Shown here: positions 47,611 through 59,787 of the stretch, piece after piece
Layout: each line of letters opens with the position of its first letter
How positions within the stretch are numbered: position 1 is the stretch's first letter
NCBI GenBank assembly: GCA_020137815.1
Contig: CM035356.1
Span: 4,588,001-4,652,000, forward strand
Direction: 5' to 3'
DNA: 64,000 nucleotides
Source: Hormiphora californensis
Lineage: Eukaryota; Animalia; Ctenophora
Position numbers and translations under genes: made by a program
Notes under the pieces: generated by a model
Seen by the model: only the letters and a program-made list of their open reading frames with translations
Database searches by the model: none
What the model was told of the DNA's origin: nothing

Positions 47611-50600
47611 TCATGCCACCAGGTTCCACTCTTCTTCAGTCGTTTCATTGACCTCACTGGGGGAGGATAGTTCACATCGGGTCTTCCTCCAACAATCTCT
47701 AATCATCTGGAGCCATAGATCCAGCTCCCAGTTAGTCTGAAACATGTCACAATGGTTACCATGGTTACCATGGTTTGTTACCGTGGTAACACAGTCACCA
47801 AGGGAACGACCCTTACACTAAGGAACGTCATATAATATACACTGACCTTCATTCTAAAGTTGTGCCACACACCCTCCTTCGCACCGGGAAGACACAAACA
47901 CAGGATTGTTACTGAATTGTTACTGACTTTATTAGGTGCACAGAGGAGAAAGCCGTAAAGTAAACTGCCGTACCACATCTCTGGGGGGAATGGAGTTGTC
48001 AAGCCAAATTATACCCCACCGGCCACCAATAATCAAACCTCTGTTATATTAGATAAAATAATTTTGTAAAGTAACTTCAAGAAACGGTCACGGAACGATC
48101 TGCGTGTAAAATCTCAAAATAATTCTGGTGTTTTGAAATTTAATCAATGAAAGGCAAAGGTGTGAAAACCATAGCACCTTCCTCTGCTGCAGTAGTACAC
48201 TAACAGATTTATCGTGAACCCAGGTTAGCCTGTCAGTAGTGAGGCACAAGTAAACCAGCTTCCAGTTGTTCCACAGGAAAGATTTCTCTAGTTTCTCCCC
48301 TCGCCCCTCAAGGACTACAGGACACCCGTCTGTCCGGGGGAGCGGAATGGATTGTAGGGACTCCCTCATATCCGCATCACTAGGGGGGGGGGTGTTGATT
48401 AGTTCAGTGACTGGCAAATTATACTAATGAGCTGAGCTGTTTATATTGCAGTGATACCATGTAGTGATTGTTGACGTTCAACTACAATAAAGCCTCTTGG
48501 CAAACTTTGCAGCCGCGGAAACCAATTAATTGTTTACCTGTTACTGACACTAAAGCAGCTTCCCTTGCTCCTCTGGAACAGTATCTCTTTATGCCACCGG
48601 TGTGGTCGGAACAGATCAAAGTTCTGGAATGACTCATCAGGTACTAGGCTGCTGGATCGGATGGTGGCACGCCGGGACGATGAACCTGGGGGAGGGGGAA
48701 CCTAGTGAGTAATGGGTGTTTCATTATCCTACACTATATATCAGGAAAATACTATATCACTGGAGAGCCAGTACTGTAAGAAAAATAAAGAATTGAAAAA
48801 GAGGGGGGACAGTGGACATACCGAACTTTGCCCCACCTACCAATATCAGTTACTGGTTTTGCATTAATTTTCCCGGGCTCAGGTCGAAATGGGGGCACCA
48901 GCTGTTGCCGTAGTGCTTTGTTCCAGTCTACACCGGAAAACCAATTGTGCGTTTTAACCTGGTGTTATAATATGTAGAATTCAGTTGATATATCATACAT
49001 GTTCTGAATTCATTCCTTCTCCCATAGAAACTTGGTTCGTATGGAACCTGTAAAATCGTTACAGAGGGGGGGGGGTTACAGGGACTGACACCCTGATCCC
49101 ATGTACCTCGCTGGCTCCATTGTTACCAAGGCGACGATACTGGTCATCCTCCAGCAGGCTGTCCAGGAGATCCCTTAGTTCATCGCTAATGTGAGGTGGA
49201 TAACTAATGGCTGGAGTACTTGTAACCATGCTTGGGACGTAACGGCTGAAATAAAACGAATAGATAACACATGAGGACCGATTAAGTTAAAAATTTATGA
49301 TCGTACACCCGAAACTGAACCAGTCTCTACTAAGCTTACCCGGTGGTTAAGATGTAAAGGGTACACCCGAAACAGAACCAGTCTCTACTAAGCTTACCCG
49401 GTGGTTAAGATGTAAAGGGTACACCCGAAACAGAACCAGTCTCTACTAAGCTTACCCGGTGGTTAAGATGTAAAGGGTACACCCGAAACTGAACCAGTCT
49501 CTACTAAGCTTACCCGGTGGTTAAGATGTAAAGGGTACACCCGAAACTGAACCAGTCTCTACTAAGCTTACCCGGTGGTTAAGATGTAAAGGGTACACCC
49601 GAAACTGAACCAGTCTCTACTAAGCTTACCCGGTGGTTAAGATGTAAAGGGTACACCCGAAACTGAACCAGTCTCTACTAAGCTTACCCGGTGGTTAAGA
49701 TGTAAAGGGTACACCCGAAACTGAACCAGTCTCTACTAAGCTTACCCGGTGGTTAAGATGTAAAGGGTACACCAGAAACTGAACCAGTCTCTACTAAGCT
49801 TACCCGGTGGTTAAGATGTAAAGGGTACACCCGAAACTGAACCAGTCTCTACTAAGCTTACCCGGTGGTTAAGATGTAAAGGGTACACCCGAAACTGAAC
49901 CAGTCTCTACTAAGCTTACCCGGTGGTTAAGATGTAAAGGGTACACCCGAAACTGAACCAGTCTCTACTAAGCTTACCCGGTGGTTAAGATGTAAAGGGT
50001 ACACCCGAAACTGAACCAGTCTGCCGCACAATAATAGATGTGGCCCTCTCTACACACCTCAGGCGCCATAAAGGAAGGCGTGCCCCTGTAATGATAAAAT
50101 GGGTGAAGTTTGGCGGGACAAATGAAATCATATTTAATATTTACACTGACACAATGTCATGCAGATAGGATACATCCAGATAGAATACATTCAGAGCACA
50201 TTTTAACAGACTTTCGACTTACGCTTTCTCTTGGCGTCCCTTAGAGCAGTCAACAGCGAGCCCCAAATCAGATATTTTTATGTGACCGTTACTGCTGACT
50301 AACACATTCGCAGGCTGAAATTGGGGACATATAATTATAAATTATCATCCCGAATGTGGATGCAATAATACTATTATTAACTGTCTTTTCTATTCCTAGC
50401 CCTCTAGTTATTAACATAACGATATAATATCTCATTGACATGGCACGAGTCTCTCCTCCCTTCCCTTTGTTTTTCTCTATGTCTCTTCCCTTTTATCTTT
50501 CTCCTCACTCTCTCCCTATATTACTCTCTCCCAATCTATCTTTCTCTATCTATCGTTCTCTCCCAATCTATCTTTCTCTTGTGGGCTCTCATCCGAGCCT

Positions 50601-53600
50601 GTTGTCATTAACAGCATACCAACAGCAGCTTAAGGCACCTGCATTAATGTTAATAGCCATGGGCACCATTAACGTTAATAGCCATGGGCAACCCCTTATA
50701 AAGATGTGTCTTAGAGCTTATTATCGCGAGACGAGCTATAAAACTAACTCAGTGTGCGCAATATGTTTCTATTTTTGCATGTGACAAATCTTTATCCAGT
50801 TTCTGATAAGATAAAGAATCAATTCCGGTTGCAACCGGGATCTTTATCTCATCAGTCTTTATCTCATCAGGAACCGGAGATATCGGAGAAATTGATCTGT
50901 CATGTTTAAAAACAACAATAGTGACAAATTACCCCGGTATAATACCCTAGTGACTTGCTAATAATGCTTTCGTAATTCTGATAACTATAAGACTATAGTC
51001 CCTGGAAAATGACTAAGGCGGTTCGTTAAGCGCGTTACCGGTAGTTTCAGGAGCATAGCAAGCAGGAAACGAAATTGTGATTCCATGCTTCCACTGTGTG
51101 CGACTGGGTTGGTTTTATATCTTGGGACAAATTAGGCGGACCAAATTTGCAAAAATAGCAGGAAAAATTATGCAGCGGGCACCTTGAACCACCTCAGTCA
51201 TTTTCCACGGACTATAATAGGCTCTTATTCTAGGAAATGGAAGACCAGGGAATACTACCAGTAACTACATATCCAGATATTCATGGAGGTGATGATAACT
51301 TTGCGACATGGGAGGCATCATGGTGGCCATTATTAGTAGCCTTCCTTTTGTTCGGCACTTTTGGATTGATGATAAACCTTTTCTCTTTTTTCTATTTTAA
51401 ACGGCAATCCGGTCTAGGAAATAGATTGCAGACACTCCTCAACTTGGTCGATATCATAACATGCCTTTACTTTATCTGCATAGTGACTCTCAGTTTTTCA
51501 TTCCGGAATTTCAATACAAAGACCGCTTCAAGGGCAAGCAATATTGATGTTATCGGGAGAGAGTTTTACACTCTCCTGGTTCCAAACCTCTGGCCTGGCA
51601 ACAGTCTATCTCTCAGTGATCAGAGCTATCCTTAGTAATAAACCTTTTTATGAGATAAAAAAGCAGCACCTCTATGCCTCTTTTATCGGGATTCTTATCC
51701 TGTTTTTGGGACTTATGATAGCCGATGGAGTGCTCATAGAACTTCCCTGCAACCAGGATATTCAAAATACACTTCAATCTCTGCAAGGAACCTCCTTTAT
51801 CTAACAAATCTACCATCAAAACAATACCCCGCCTTTCAAGCGGTTTTCCATCTCTGGTGAGGTTTCAACTTCCAGGGGTACTTCTAGAAGCGATCCCAGC
51901 TGCCCTCCTGATGTTAATACTGACAGTGTCCTCTCTCCTGACGTGGAGAGTTCTCTCCAAACCACGCAACCAACTTTCTAACTACTCCCACGCAGCAACC
52001 ACCACCCTCCTCATTTCCACTGTGTATGTGCTGTGTGCGGGGACTATAGTTACTGCACGGGCCTTTATCCGCCTAAACAAAACCAACTACACCACCAATG
52101 AGGCGACCTATTACAAACACCTCGGACAACTTGGAAAGATATCTATAGTAAAGTTGGCCAACTCAGTTCTCAATCCTCTGATATTTGTTGTCAGGAGCAA
52201 GAACCTCCGGCTCTGGATTGCGGGGAAGCTTCGGAAGTTGAGAGGAAACATTCTCAAGGGATAATATAACCAAATAGTGGAGAATACCGATACGAACTAA
52301 CTATCCTGTTAGGATCTTGGCTGCGTATAAATCTTGTGAGATGTCCGTGCAGCTGTAGCAAGTCGTGTATATTACTTTAGACTGCTAAATCCTCAGCTTA
52401 TAAAGTTGTAAAGTTGCTAAATTCCAATTAAACAATAGTTTTTGTGTCTGGACAATAGAACACTTAGTAGGGTTTACAAACTAGCTAGCTAAAAAAGAAC
52501 TTTATCAGGGTATTCCAGATATTTTAGCATAGAAACATAATAGCACACATTAACTGAAACACAATGGTTGGTGGTTGGTAACTTGAGTGGCTGGTACAGT
52601 ACTGAAACACAATGTAGTCCCACACTCCACAATTCCACCACCCAAATTAATGTCAGCCTCCTTCCTCTTCTTCAATATCACAATCAGAACTCTCCTCTCC
52701 CCTCGCTCCCCCAGGAGAACGATCCGGGGAAATGTACATATTTCAGAGTTCTTTTTTACTTGACAGAACTTGGTCTCTGCCATATAGACGCAGCTTCACT
52801 GGCTGCCAGACAGAGCCCTTCTTGTACTCATCGGTCCTCTTATCTGTTGCTACAAAAAATTTAGCTGGCGAACCCGCTTCACTGCCAGCGCTACATCATA
52901 ATCCTTCCGGAGTTCAGAAGAGAAAATCTTTATCTCCTGTTCAGATTGTAGATCTCCTGTTCAGCTGTAGATCTCCTGTTCAGCTGTAGATCTCCTGTTC
53001 AGCTGTAGATCTCCTGTTCAGCTGTAGATCTCCTGTTCAGCTGTAGATCTCCTGTTCAGCTGTAGATCTCCTGTTCAGCTGTAGATCTCCTGTTCAGCTG
53101 TAGATCTCCTGTTCAGCTGTAGATCTCCTGTTCAGCTGTAGATCTCCTGTTCAGCTGTAGATCTCCTGTTCAGCTGTAGATCTCCTGTTCAGCTGTAGAT
53201 CTCCTGTTCAGCTGTAGATCTCCTGTTCAGCTGTAGATCTCCTGTTCAGCTGTAGATCTCCTGTTCAGCTGTAGATCTCCTGTTCAGCTGTAGATCTCCT
53301 GTTCAGCTGTAGATCTCCTGTTCAGCTGTAGATCTCCTGTTCAGCTGTAGATCTCCTGTTCAGCTGTAGATCTCCTGTTTAGCTGTAGATCTCCTGTTCA
53401 GCTGTAGATTGCACCGCAATGATTTCTCTCTTCTTAAGTAACTGGCACTGTAATTCGATGACACTTTTCTGAGACTCCACTTATGCTTTTAATATGCAGC
53501 AATTTAACGGATATATCCATTCCTCTCACTCTCACAGTCGCTCTTTAACTTAATTACTCAGGTGGTCAAGTATCGAGAAATAAAAAACAGATAAACATTA

Positions 53601-56600
53601 CTCCTTGATTATTGTCGTTACTCGACACAATATATTGACTCTCCTCTACCAGGAACCGACCGAAACAAGTAAACAACCAATCAGAACTCGTTATTTAGGT
53701 CACGTGACTGGTTATCAGCCAATCAGGGACCAGTATTTCCTGTCTTTTACCAAGGTGTGAATATTAGATACACAATTGGGTTACACAGAGAGGTTAACGC
53801 AGGGATAACAGTCACTGAACACAATATAAAGGTGTAATCAGCTCTCGTGCTTCCAAAGATGGTCTCCTCACGAAGCCTTATCCTGTTGATCACATTCATC
53901 AAACAAAAGGAGCAGAATATTACCAAACTACCTGAATTCATGATAAGAATCTTGAAAGTTCCGCGAAATGATCGTTTCCTCCCATGTCCGATCGGTTTAA
54001 ATTGCACGTGCACTAATTTAACAGCGGTTAGAATGGTGAAGACCATGCCAACTAGCTGGCCCAATATGGCGGGTGCCGTAGGAATAAGAACTAAATGCCA
54101 CATTTTTAATGTAACAGATCCAATCTCACTAGAAAATGGGATATAAGCCTGAGCACCGATAGCAAACTGAATTTTCCCGAGAAATATGATATTGTCATTA
54201 CCCCAGCCATAGTCATGGGCACGTAGACTAAAGCAGATATCAGGACTCCAAAAATGGTTTTCCCGGGTAGAATCTTAAGGGGGAACGCTATTTGAACAAA
54301 TCTTGTTACTGTAAGCACAGCAGTTGTTGTGGCCGGTCCAAACATTAAACTCACTGTTAGAGCACCTAGCGGTATCCGAGTCCAGCCGACTTCCAGCCAT
54401 CCTTGAAAATACTCATCTTCAGTGGAGTGCAATATAATGTTCTGGTTCTTGGGTTGATACACCGTCACAGCTGTTGTGGAGGAAATATAGAGGGTTGAAA
54501 GGAGGTCCATAGTAGCGAGACACAGGTACAAGTTCCGGGCGAGTGAGGATCGTTTGCGGGAATTGTGTCGTAGGACTAGGATGTTGAGAGGGATGGAAAG
54601 GAATGGTGTAGAGACATAAAAAAGAAAGAGCAGGAAGTCAGGTTCTGAAGTCCCTCCTTCACTAAATATTGCCATTATTGATGATAGCTAAAACAGAACT
54701 GATTGTATAACTGCTAAATATTCCAACTACAAAAACCATAGCTCATCATAACGCAGTAATAGCTTATCATAACGCAGTACTAATACTGCATATTACATAC
54801 TACGGCAGTACGTAATATGCCTCATTAGTCATTTAAATAAAGTTGTATAGCTGCCAAATCTTCCAACTAAAACCATAGCTTATGATAAAGCAGTATATGG
54901 AATGACTAATGAGGTATATTACATGTAATATGCCTCATCAATCATTTTAAAATTTTGGGACGCAGGCTCGTGCACTAAAGTATTGTATTGTTCATACTAT
55001 TATTTTTTATTTGCAACAGCACAAAGTTAAAGTACAGCAACAGCACAACTAAAGTACAATAATCTGCCTCGACCTGTGGTCTCGGATCATTATTTTGTAC
55101 TTATAACACTCGACCTTCGGTCTCGTGTTTTCAGGTACAACTTGTAGGCATAATAAAATCCTACATGATAACACCATGATAACACCATCATATGTCACTA
55201 GTCATTACCAACCTTAAGATCTCGATATACGACATGCTTTGTGGATGTTTCCAAAACCCACGCCCCGGCTAAAAAGGCTGCTTCCCCTTAAAAGCTGTTT
55301 GGTTGTTGTTCCCAAATTCCAATCACCCCCTGGAGGAGAGAGGGGAAAAAGGGGAGAGGGGAGAGGAGGAAGGAGAGGGGAAGGGGAAAGGGGGGGGGGG
55401 GGGGGGGGTAAAAGGGGGGGGGGGGGGGGGGCCCCCCCCGGGGGGTTTTGGGGGGGGGAAAAAAAAAAAACCCCCTCGGGGGGGGGGGGTTTTTGGGAAA
55501 AAAAGGGGGGTCCCTTTTCCCCCCCTTTTCTTCCCCCCTTTTTCTTTTTTTTAAACCCCCCTTTTTTTTTTCCCCGTTTTTTTTTTTTTCCCTTAAAACC
55601 AAATTTCTTCCAAAAACCCTTTTTTTTTCTTTTTTCCGACTTTTTTTATTTTGTCCCCCCCTTTTTTTTCTTACTTGTTTTTTCCGTTTAAAAAAAAGTT
55701 TTGTAAAAAGTTCAGTAAAGTTTAATTTTTTTTGGGGGGGGCCCCTTAAAACCCCCTAAAAATTTTTGTTTTGTTCCAAAAATTTGGGGGAAAAATTTTT
55801 GGGTTTTTTCAGTAAAAAGGGTTTTTTAAAAAAAAGTTTTTTTTAACCGAAAAGGGGCCCCCTTTTTTTTTTGGGGGCCGGGGAAAAAAAAGTGGGCCCC
55901 AAAGGGTTTTTTTTTAAAACCCGTTCCTTGATTTGGGGTATTAAAACCCCGTTAAACCCCTTGTTTAAAAAAAACATAAACCCTCCCCCTTTTTGGGCCG
56001 TCTTTTTGTTTTTTTTATAGGGGGAAAAAAACCAGGGGCTTTAAAGGGTTCCCCTTAAATTTTTTTCCCCCCTTTTTTAAAAAATTTACATGCCCCCCCC
56101 AAAAATTTTTCCAAATTTTTACCCCCCCAAAAACCCCCCCCCTTTTTTTTTTCCTTGTAGTGCCACGATGAAGGGACTATCAAAAAGACAGAACATGTCT
56201 CTCTCCTCAAATGCCATCTGAATCCCCCGTTCTGATTTACGTTCCAGTAGCATGTGTTTGTTCACGTACTTGAGTGCGTGTAACGTCACTGTAAAATAGT
56301 TCAGTATTCTAGTTCCAGTAACATGTGTTTGTTCACGTACTTGAGTGCGTGTAACGTCCCTGTAAAATAGTTCAGTATTCTAGTTCCAGTAACATGTGTT
56401 TGTTCACGTACTTGAGTGCGTGTAACGTCACTGTAAAATAGTTCAGTATTCTAGTTCCAGTAGCATGTGTTTGTTCACGTACTTGAGTGCGTGTAACGTC
56501 ACTGTAAAATAGTTCAGTATTCTAGTTACCGAAAGAAGGGTTGTATTGTTCATACAACAGCACAAGGTTACACATAATTTTACAGCTGAAATTAGCAGAC

Positions 56601-58070
56601 CCCGTTTTGATTCTTAGATCGGGTCGGCGCGCTGCCAGACAGAAAATTAGTAGAATCTTCTAAAACAACCGCGTCTCTGTATTTGATTTGGATGTCTTAT
56701 GTCTTGCAGGTGTTACCGCTATCTAACGGCAATCATACGGTATGATTCCTACCCGTGTCAGACTTGGAACAGGCAAAAACATCGCCAAACCCTCCGCTCC
56801 CCACTTTTCTGTAGTGCTTGAAGTCGTCATCACTGACCTAGATATGGATATAGTTTACAAAAGGGAGTTTACTATGTAAACAAATGATATACCACCCAGT
56901 GATAATCTTGTTATGGGTCTTCCCTGCTTATTATATATGCAGAAACCCACACTCACTCGCCCTACACTAACAACTTGGGGTGAACAGTGAACTTCTTGCC
57001 CGACCCCCCTCTAACCGTCCCACCTTCCCCTCAGTTCTCACCGTGCCCCTACCCCCCCCCTTCCCCTCAGTTCTCACCATGCCCCCCCCCCCCACGTACT
57101 GCAACAAACCTTAATGTTTTCCTCAATATACTTCCACTGAAGATATCGGGTGAAGTAGCTGGACCTTGTGAAATCAAAGTACTGTTCTTTTTCAAGGTAG
57201 TCCTCGATTGTACTCCGCAAACTCTGAATAGGTTACCATGGTTACACAAAAATGACATAGCTGTAATTTTGAATACTATGGTTACCATGGTTACCGCTGT
57301 AACCATGGTTACATAACTAATTATGTACCTGAAACACCGATGGCGAAGTTTGTCCATTTCTGATACTTTGCTCCACCGGTTCGAGCAGTTTGGGCGTATA
57401 AATCGAGTCTGATGCCAGCTTATCGGGGAAAATGTACCTAGGGGTGTCACAAAATAATATCTAGGGATGTCTGGGTTACCATGGTAACAGACTAAGGTAA
57501 CACATTATGCCTAGACCACGGCACAGTGATGTCCCTTACAGATATTAGTATAACAGTACAGTAACCTTTAATTTAATTGCATGTATACTTGTCATAAAGC
57601 TCCTTCGCCTCTGTTGACCGGAGTGTGGTATGGTCCATCTTCTCGAAATCTAGGACAGCATGATGAAGATCCCAAGCGGACAGACCCTTCGAATCAGACT
57701 CAGCGTTACCCTTTAGAAATGCCCTTGGAGATGGAGATTAGAGACAGGGGTGTAAATATTATATAGCGAGAGATAGAGAGAGAGGGAGGGAGAGAGAAAG
57801 AGACGAGAGAGAGAGAGAGGGAGAGAGATAGAGAGAGAGATGGGGGTAAAGAGAGGGATGCAAATTCAAAACGAAAAATCACCTAAATAGTTCCCGGCCG
57901 AGCAAGTCCTCAAAAACTGTTTCAAATCCCAACTCAGCCCTATTATCCAGGAGGACCCGGGTTGTAAATTCCACGCTAGGATCAGGAAGGGTGATGACAG
58001 GTGGGTCAGCATCCTCTAAACGGGATATTATCAGAGCAATGTCGGCTAAGTGCTCCTCCAATCCTGCCAT
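47611..58070 (-). CDS. G protein-coupled receptor kinase of the GRK2/3 (beta-ARK) type, RH-kinase-PH, many exons
   Basis: MAGLEEHLADIA...LPDPSV...FEDLLGRELFR; DDFKHYRKVGSGGFGDVFACSKSDTG; HVVYRDLK|PANVLV...KISDLGLAVD; GTPSFMAPEV...ADWFSFGCTLY; PH-like LEGRGEKL...NWKLVYLCLTTDRLTW; stop at 47611. Confidence 0.88.
49303..50022. repeat. 58-bp x ~12 minisatellite containing a GRK exon end plus donor
   Basis: Minus-strand unit AGACTGGTTCAGTTTCGGGTGTACCCTTTACATCTTAACCACCGG|GTAAGCTTAGTAG (DWFSFGCTLYILTTG). Confidence 0.96.
51237..52264 (+). CDS. Intronless rhodopsin-class orphan GPCR nested antisense in a GRK intron; apparent frameshifts (error or pseudogene)
   Basis: Three consecutive hydrophobic ORFs: TM1 GLMINL, TM2 LNLVDII, TM3 TVYLSVIRA, TM7 NSVLNPLIFVVRS. 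Confidence 0.78.
52934..53409. repeat. 19-bp x ~25 minisatellite (GATCTCCTGTTCAGCTGTA)
   Basis: Near-perfect tandem copies lying between the two GPCRs. Confidence 0.97.
53650..53742 (+). mobile_element. MITE copy abutting the end of the second GPCR
   Basis: CAGGAACCGACCGAAACAAG...GGACCAGTATTTCCTG. Confidence 0.85.
53747..54675 (-). CDS. Intronless rhodopsin-class orphan GPCR nested in a GRK intron; one apparent frameshift near 54110-54150
   Basis: TM1 SIPLNILV, TM2 LATMDLL, TM3 AVLTVTRFVQIAFPL, TM7 TSLCNPIVYLIF. Confidence 0.8.
56241..56527. repeat. 71-bp x4 repeat containing a GRK acceptor plus exon start
   Basis: Minus-strand unit ...CTATTTTACAG|TGACGTTACACGCACTCAAGTACGTGAACAAACACATGCTACTGGAAC. 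Confidence 0.93.
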
Positions 58071-58564
58071 GTTACCATGTTGGTTTCCCCAATTAGAAAC
58101 TGGGTAATACTTGAATCAATAGTTGCACGCCAAATAATATAACCGAGAGAGTGTGGGTGGTGTTTTGTTGACTTGTTGTTCGACCCTTCAAAAACTGGTT
58201 TGTTGTTTAGATTTGAGAAGAGAATCTTGATACCTGCAGTTCAGTTCATTTCTAATAAAAGGAACAAGTTGGTCATTTCAATGCATGTTTCAAATATGTT
58301 TCGGTGTATACAGGCAAAATAATAACCTTGTATTTCAAGATTAATCATATAGCTCGTTTTCAAATAATCATAATACAATATTTACAGGCATATTATACAA
58401 AACCGGACATGAGGACTAGAATATACTGAGGTGCAGAGTTTGCATACATACTATATTTGACATGCTGTTAGGCTCCGTGCATGTGATATATATATATTCA
58501 TTTTGGCACACATGCAGGTCTTATAAATGTAACATATATAATGGGTCGTATTACATGTCATATG

Positions 58565-59620
58565 AGAGGGTCCCGGAGTATCGAGTTCGTTACAGAGGGT
58601 AAGAAGGGGAAGAAGAAGGGGAAGAAGAGGGTTAGTGGGTGTGGGATCCTGTCAGGCGCTAAGGACTGGGTTGTCCTCTCTGACATCGGAAGTCAGCTCA
58701 AGTTCCCGGCGGAGATCGCCCAGACCAGGTTAAGGCCTGATCTTGTTGTCTTCTCGCGAGAGGTAAAGACGGTGATCTGGTGGGAGCTCACTTGCCCTGC
58801 GGAAGAGAGAATAGGGGATGCCCATACTCTCAAGATTGAACGGTACACGGACCTTGAGAGGGAGTGTGAGTCTAATGGGTGGAGGTGTTTTAATATGGCG
58901 GTAGAGGTTGGGGCTCGAGGGCAGGTGGCGGATAGTCTGGTTAGGGCAGCTTCTCGTCTTGGGTTTAGAGGGAGGGGTCTTAGGAAGCTGGTTAAGGATA
59001 CGGGGAAAGAGGCTGCTCACAGTTCCATGTGGATCTACTTCCATTCGGCGAAGAAGGAGTGGGAGTACAGGAATGTGGAGTAGTGGAGGCAGTGAAGTGG
59101 TTGAGACTCGCCCTCGCAGTGGAGTGTGTGTTTGGACGGGTGTACCCTTACTGTCATAAACCTGTCAAAGGGGGAGGCAGTGAGGGACCCCAGTCGACAC
59201 ATTCATTCCGGGCAACTGGGTATAGATCGAACGGTGGTCTCAGATTATCGAGATTGCCGGGGCGCCTGACTTAGTACCTTGTGTACCCGTACCGAATTAA
59301 AGCCCCGAAACGGTGTCAGGTTTACGGCTGATGAGTTCGATCTGAGTCTCGGTTTCTGGCGAGTGTCCACATTTACCATCTTAGTGGACGGAGGGTCTCG
59401 GTCTTTCCGCTGTTCCGGATCTCTTGGTGTTTGGCGGAGTTAGGTGTGGTTAGGTTGCGTTTAGGTTTGGAGGTTTGGAGGTTGGTGGAGGTTTGGTGGA
59501 GTTTTGGAGGTTGTTGGAGGTTGGTGGAGGTTTGGAGGTTTGGTGGAGGTTTGCTGGTTGTTTGGTTTGGAGGTTGGTTTTGCGGGGTTTGTCTCGGTTC
59601 TTTGGGTTTGGTCTGGCAGC
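58565..59620 (+). mobile_element. 5'-truncated Hero-like (R2 group) non-LTR retrotransposon: restriction-like endonuclease end plus 3' UTR
   Basis: RLRPDLVVFS...WELTCPAEE...KIERYTDL...GWRC...VEVGARG, stop at 59083, then a GC-rich UTR ending in GGAGGTTTGGT repeats. Confidence 0.85.
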
Positions 59621-59787
59621 ATGATTCATGTTCTCAACTTACTTTTTTCTCCTGCACTTATTTCACTAAGTAATATAAAAGTTGTTTCGCTACTTAATAA
59701 AACCCCCTGAAGCTAGTAAACCAGAGAAGGAGATAAAGCAGAGAGCAGTCTACTGGTCAGCTGCGAGATAAAACAGAGAGCTGTCGA

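Noticed and set aside
55260-56150. Low-complexity ORFs
   Set aside because: Same artefact. It obscures GRK exons expected between FIVALQ and HVVYRDLK.
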